From Minisyncoccia bacterium (GTDB taxonomy: Bacteria > Patescibacteriota > Minisyncoccia > Phycocordibacterales > UBA918), in assembly GCA_964229335.1 (NCBI GenBank), contig CAXRCZ010000007.1:1-64000 (forward strand): a DNA stretch of 64,000 bases, in the 5' to 3' direction. Within the stretch, counting starts at the first letter, position 1; each line of letters opens with the position of its first letter. Shown in pieces: positions 60,289 to 64,000 of this stretch. Below the pieces are notes generated by a model. It was not told where the DNA came from. It made no database searches and saw nothing but the letters and a program-made list of their open reading frames with translations. Position numbers and translations under genes: made by a program.

Positions 60289-60861
60289 TTAGACACGAAT
60301 AAACTCGTCAACTTCTGGGAGCGGCATAATTTCTTTACCATTCTTTACCTTACCTTCCTCAAACGGAAATACACTTATACTTCCATCTAATTCTAGATAG
60401 GCATATTCGACCTCTCCAATATTTCTCACTCCATTCTTTCTTAGTTCGGATTCTAGTTCAGCTTCAGTAAAGTTTTCAGTTTCCAACGCATGCTGAATTA
60501 TTTGCCCATTTTTTACTAACAAATTTGGCCTACTATTAATAAATTTTTCGAAAGGTGACCACTTGAGTTTTAATCTCGAAGTACCAAACTGCAACGTAAT
60601 CACTGTCATAATAATTAGTGCTGCATAAATTATTGCTACAGATGGATAAAACATTACATCTCCCACCGCTGAACCGAGCGCTACAATTAGTAACATCTCA
60701 ACTGGAGTCATTTGTTTACGCGCTTTTTTTCCTCCTGCTCTCAGAAACACTAAGGCAAAGATATAAATAACCAGAACTCTAAAAGTAATTTCTAACAAGA
60801 ATACCCATTCACTTTCACCAAAAATTGTTTGTGTTAGATCAAATGTAACTACCGGATCCAT
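60289..60861 (-). CDS. DUF421/YetF family membrane protein
   Basis: QMT, LGSAVG, PNLLVKNG, AYLELDGSISV. Confidence 0.88.
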   Translation of the reverse strand: MDPVVTFDLTQTIFGESEWVFLLEITFRVLVIYIFALVFLRAGGKKARKQMTPVEMLLIVALGSAVGDVMFYPSVAIIYAALIIMTVITLQFGTSRLKLKWSPFEKFINSRPNLLVKNGQIIQHALETENFTEAELESELRKNGVRNIGEVEYAYLELDGSISVFPFEEGKVKNGKEIMPLPEVDEFIRV

Positions 60862-60978
60862 GAAATTTTCTAATTAATACGTGTAACGATTACTACAATA
60901 TGTATGTATAGTATCTTATTTTTCTTTTTTTCGCTTACGATAGCTGCGTCTGGTTTTTTAAAATGGTATGGTTTCTTA

Positions 60979-61512
60979 ATGGATTGGATCTATCAGTCAT
61001 ATTCAGATGTGCCACAAATACTGTTCTCAGTAATAGTATTTACTTCGATAGTAGTACTTTATACAAGAATCGTTGGTCTTCGAAGTTTTTCTAAAATGTC
61101 TAGCTTTGATTTTGCCATCACAGTAGCGTTTGGTTCTATACTAGCTTCTGTGGTAATCGCAAAAGAACCTAAGATATTCCAAGCTGCAGTAGCTATGGGT
61201 GGTTTATATTTGTTTCAATACGTACTGTCATTTATAAAAGTGAGGAATAAATGGTTTGCTACCTTGATTGATAATGAACCGATTTTACTAATGAATAATC
61301 AAGGTTTTTTAGAAGACAATTTAAAAAAAGCCCGAGTTACTAAAGATGAAGTCAGAGATAAACTACGCAAAGCTAACGTGCTTCAACTCTCAGAAGTAAG
61401 GGCTGTAGTTTTTGAAACTACTGGTGATATTTCTGTATTACACAGTACATCCGACAGAAAAATAGATAGTGAAATTACAGCCAACGTAAGAGATAAACAT
61501 TTAATTCAATAA
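60979..61512 (+). CDS. DUF421/YetF family membrane protein
   Basis: GLRSFSKMSSFDF, EPILLM, VFETTGDISV. Confidence 0.88.
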   Translation: MDWIYQSYSDVPQILFSVIVFTSIVVLYTRIVGLRSFSKMSSFDFAITVAFGSILASVVIAKEPKIFQAAVAMGGLYLFQYVLSFIKVRNKWFATLIDNEPILLMNNQGFLEDNLKKARVTKDEVRDKLRKANVLQLSEVRAVVFETTGDISVLHSTSDRKIDSEITANVRDKHLIQ

Positions 61513-61542
61513 CTAGCCGTCTGGGACAATGTTGGAACTTTT
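61513..61542 (+). repeat. att-like repeat 1
   Basis: ctagccgtctgggacaatgttggaactttt, identical to 62130-62159. Confidence 0.85.
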
Positions 61543-61546
61543 TTAG

Positions 61547-62074
61547 CTAAGAAATCGGCTTAATTTCTACTCCACTATCTTTATACTCCCGGTATTCTTC
61601 CTTGGTTTCTCTCGAATCTACTGACTTACAATAAAACACTTCGTCACCAAAAGAAGACGGTACATCCCACAGCTTATGTTTAATAACAGCTCCCCACATC
61701 CACTTAGAGAGAACGATGTCATCAGATTTCATTATTCCCCCATGAGTAATATTTTCTCCTCCGTCTTTATAGAACACCAGATCTCCAGGTTCTGGATTAT
61801 TTGTTGCTACAAGAATATTCTTACTAAATAGATGTTTTATAAATTCTTGCTGTACAGGATTGTTTCCTCCAAGGAACTCTGGATCTTGCTCAAGTCCAAA
61901 AGCGAATACGAAACAATTATAGTTTATTAAGTATGCTGGTGGTGGGGCTACTATTGTTAACTCCAAAGGAAGACGAGATCGAATATATGCTTCAAATTCA
62001 TCCGGTACCCACCACTTTCTTCCTTCTTCCTCTTCAATTAGTTCTGTGAGTTCCTCTCTGTCTTTTTTGTTCAT
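61547..62074 (-). CDS. Hypothetical protein (cassette), possible Cys-His papain-like fold
   Basis: YNCFVFAFG...PGDLVFY...THGG pattern; bounded by 30-bp direct repeats. Confidence 0.7.
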   Translation of the reverse strand: MNKKDREELTELIEEEEGRKWWVPDEFEAYIRSRLPLELTIVAPPPAYLINYNCFVFAFGLEQDPEFLGGNNPVQQEFIKHLFSKNILVATNNPEPGDLVFYKDGGENITHGGIMKSDDIVLSKWMWGAVIKHKLWDVPSSFGDEVFYCKSVDSRETKEEYREYKDSGVEIKPIS

Positions 62075-62129
62075 ATGAAGAGTATACCTTGATCAAGAAG
62101 TCGAACTAAATATAGCTGAAATATCGGTG

Positions 62130-62159
62130 CTAGCCGTCTGGGACAATGTTGGAACTTTT
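62130..62159 (+). repeat. att-like repeat 2
   Basis: Exact 30-bp copy of 61513-61542. Confidence 0.85.
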
Positions 62160-62194
62160 CTGGGGTTATGATAACTTACTCACAGGAGGACACC

Positions 62195-62368
62195 ATGCAC
62201 GAACAATCAAGCTCTTACGCAATGTGTTAACAGATTCTCAACCATCCTCGGTTCAAGGACTCGGACGCTCATGAGCGTTCATCTCTCTACAATAAATTGT
62301 CAGGGATGACATTTTCTGAACTCGCTGAAGAGCGAAAGAAAATTGGTCTACTGACTTATGAAGATTAA
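62195..62368 (+). pseudogene. Small ORF with in-frame TAA
   Basis: AGGAGG RBS; MHEQSSSYAMC*QILNHPRFKDSDAHERSSLYNKLSGMTFSELAEERKKIGLLTYED*; followed by hairpin terminator. Confidence 0.45.
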
Positions 62369-62407
62369 TTTGCGTCACCTCTTTAACAGGAGGTGGCTTT
62401 TTTACGA

Positions 62408-62437
62408 GCTACCGGACAGGGACGATGTTGGAACTTT
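62408..62437 (+). repeat. att-like repeat 3, hybrid of tRNA-Gln 3' end and repeat half
   Basis: gctaccggacagggac (=63110-63125) joined to gatgttggaacttt. Confidence 0.8.
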
Positions 62438-62915
62438 ATTGGCCAGCCGCTTCTAGAGCAGCAAGTGCATATCGTTGAGTTTCTGGTCGCATTCTCTCAT
62501 CTTTTTCTAACAAATCATCTAGGTCTACTCTGGTGCACCATCTGTATTCTGTATCCATACTGTCTTCTTCTTGTGGATTGATTTCTCTAGAATCAGACCG
62601 TGCTGCAAATACTAAAGAGGAGTGGTCGTGTACCTCGTTTATTTTATGACGATTCATAAACAATGGTGGGACAAGGTCTTTATTTGTTTCAGTATCTGTT
62701 TGAGTCCAATTTTTAGGACCAATCAAAGTAACTTTTAGACCTGATTCTTCCCAAGCTTCTCGTACCGCAGCTTCGTTTGCATCTTCGCCGGGATCAATAT
62801 GCCCTCCTGGCGTACCCCAATAGTTGTACTTTTCATGCAACCTCAGTAGTACAGCATCTCCATTTACTATGAAGGTATCTACGCAGAGGTCTAGGTAGTA
62901 ATTTATATGTGCCAT
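62436..62915 (-). CDS. NUDIX hydrolase
   Basis: [25 protein letters not shown] Nudix box. Confidence 0.93.
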   Translation of the reverse strand: MAHINYYLDLCVDTFIVNGDAVLLRLHEKYNYWGTPGGHIDPGEDANEAAVREAWEESGLKVTLIGPKNWTQTDTETNKDLVPPLFMNRHKINEVHDHSSLVFAARSDSREINPQEEDSMDTEYRWCTRVDLDDLLEKDERMRPETQRYALAALEAAGQ

Positions 62916-62934
62916 ACATGAAAGTATAGCAAAT

Positions 62935-63107
62935 TACTGGACAGGGACTCGGTCAGGAGTCGATTATTTTCATGAATGAAAATATATCGCTCACGACCCT
63001 GGCTCGAAACTCCAGTCCCCCAGACTGGTTTTCTCCGCCTTTCTCGTCCCAGTGCTCGGTATCCATAACGATAAATTGCGATAGCAAATGCTATCGCAGT
63101 TTAATCG
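62935..63107 (-). mobile_element. Target-foldback structured element, tRNA-Gln 3' copy
   Basis: Trailer hairpin, degenerate rc of tRNA end, core gcggag...cgagccagggtcgtg...ctgacc; duplication 62935-62951 vs 63112-63128 (16/17). Confidence 0.65.
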
Positions 63108-63181
63108 TGGCTACCGGACAGGGACTCGAACCCCGATCGCTTGGACCAAAACCAAGTGTCCTACCATTAGACGATCCGGTA
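63108..63181 (-). tRNA. tRNA-Gln(TTG)
   Basis: rc: TACCGGA...cttgg-ttTTGgt-ccaag...GTTCGAGT...TCCGGTA-GCCA. Confidence 0.95.
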
Positions 63182-63326
63182 AAATATTTCATTACCAACG
63201 ATTTACTAACGGGAGGACGCGCAGTGTCCATACTGTCGAGCTAAGTGAGGGTCTAAAGAAAATATGTTTTCTTTAGACCGAACGTGCGCTGACAGCAAGC
63301 TTTGCTTACCATTAGACGATCCGGTA
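63182..63326. repeat. Structured element upstream of tRNA-Gln with duplicated tRNA 5' end
   Basis: taccattagacgatccggta at 63162-63181 and 63307-63326; internal hairpin ggtctaaagaaaa-tatg-ttttctttagacc. Confidence 0.7.
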
Positions 63327-63535
63327 ATTTTGTAAAATATAGGTACGTACTTTGGTACGTACCAAAGTACGTACCTATATTTTACAAAATTACCGGATCG
63401 TCTAATGGTAAGCAAAGCTTGCTGTCAGCGCACGTTCGGTCTAAAGAAAACATATTTTCTTTAGACCCTCACTTAGCTCGACAGTATGGACACTGCGCGT
63501 CCTCCCGTTAGTAAATCGTTGGTAATGAAATATTT

Positions 63536-63609
63536 TACCGGATCGTCTAATGGTAGGACACTTGGTTTTGGTCCAAGCGATCGGGGTTCGAGTCCCTGTC
63601 CGGTAGCCA
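63536..63609 (+). tRNA. tRNA-Gln(TTG), mirror copy inside palindrome
   Basis: Exact reverse complement of 63108-63181; may be artefactual. Confidence 0.5.
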
Positions 63610-63801
63610 CGATTAAACTGCGATAGCATTTGCTATCGCAATTTATCGTTATGGATACCGAGCACTGGGACGAGAAAGGCGGAGAAAACCAGTCTGGGGG
63701 ACTGGAGTTTCGAGCCAGGGTCGTGAGCGATATATTTTCATTCATGAAAATAATCGACTCCTGACCGAGTCCCTGTCCAGTAATTTGCTATACTTTCATG
63801 T

Positions 63802-64000
63802 ATGGCACATATAAATTACTACCTAGACCTCTGCGTAGATACCTTCATAGTAAATGGAGATGCTGTACTACTGAGGTTGCATGAAAAGTACAACTATTGG
63901 GGTACGCCAGGAGGGCATATTGATCCCGGCGAAGATGCAAACGAAGCTGCGGTACGAGAAGCTTGGGAAGAATCAGGTCTAAAAGTTACTTTGATTGGTC
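63802..64000 (+). CDS. NUDIX hydrolase mirror copy (partial)
   Basis: Reverse complement of 62717-62915. Confidence 0.45.
   Translation, partial: MAHINYYLDLCVDTFIVNGDAVLLRLHEKYNYWGTPGGHIDPGEDANEAAVREAWEESGLKVTLIG

Larger units (their letters stand above)
62717..64000. repeat. Perfect palindrome centred at 63358/63359, extends beyond window
   Basis: Coordinates pair as x+y=126717; ORF track shows mirrored identical ORFs. Confidence 0.95.

Noticed and set aside
60289-61512. Divergent DUF421 pair as an invertible switch
   Set aside because: No inverted repeats flanking the intergenic segment were found, and the paralogs are highly diverged.
30677-62230. TAA reassignment suggested by two in-frame TAA codons
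   Set aside because: Many conserved genes (ftsZ, infB, trxB, valS) end at TAA at expected positions; point mutations or errors are more parsimonious.
61513-62437. 30-bp direct repeats as a CRISPR array
   Set aside because: Spacers are about 250-590 bp and contain genes, the third copy is a tRNA hybrid, and no cas genes are present.
62972-63745. Mirrored 62-90 aa ORFs
   Set aside because: They overlap tRNA-Gln and structured non-coding elements and are duplicated only because of the palindrome.
1-64000. Genetic code 25 (TGA=Gly) as in Gracilibacteria/Absconditabacteria
   Set aside because: Long conserved genes are uninterrupted under code 11.

Overview
Chromosomal segment of a small-genome bacterium, most consistent with Patescibacteria/CPR (Parcubacteria-like; inferred from short IF2, S1 and ValRS, TrbC/VirB2-type pilin arrays and compact gene spacing; standard code 11). 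It carries housekeeping genes (clpB, iscS-like, infB, rbfA, trhO, gyrA, rpsA, pth, lepB, rpsU, ybeY, ftsA, ftsZ, trxB, tsaD, valS, lepA, murJ, mgtE, msrA, typA, lysA), 10 distinct tRNA genes, RNase P RNA and several orphan gene islets. The most unusual content is non-coding. (1) A family of roughly 140-240 nt structured elements with a conserved, covarying core sits at six tRNA 3' ends and at the 3' end of ftsZ. Its ends are rebuilt from the local target as target - hairpin - reverse-complemented target - core - second target copy, and related duplications occur at two tRNA 5' ends. (2) An array of single-gene cassettes separated by att-like 30-bp repeats is anchored on tRNA-Gln. (3) A 60-nt hairpin motif occurs twice with a compensatory change. 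(4) A perfect palindrome centred at 63358/63359 mirrors the sequence to the window end and is probably an assembly or amplification fold-back. No integrase, transposase, reverse transcriptase or cas gene is visible in the window.
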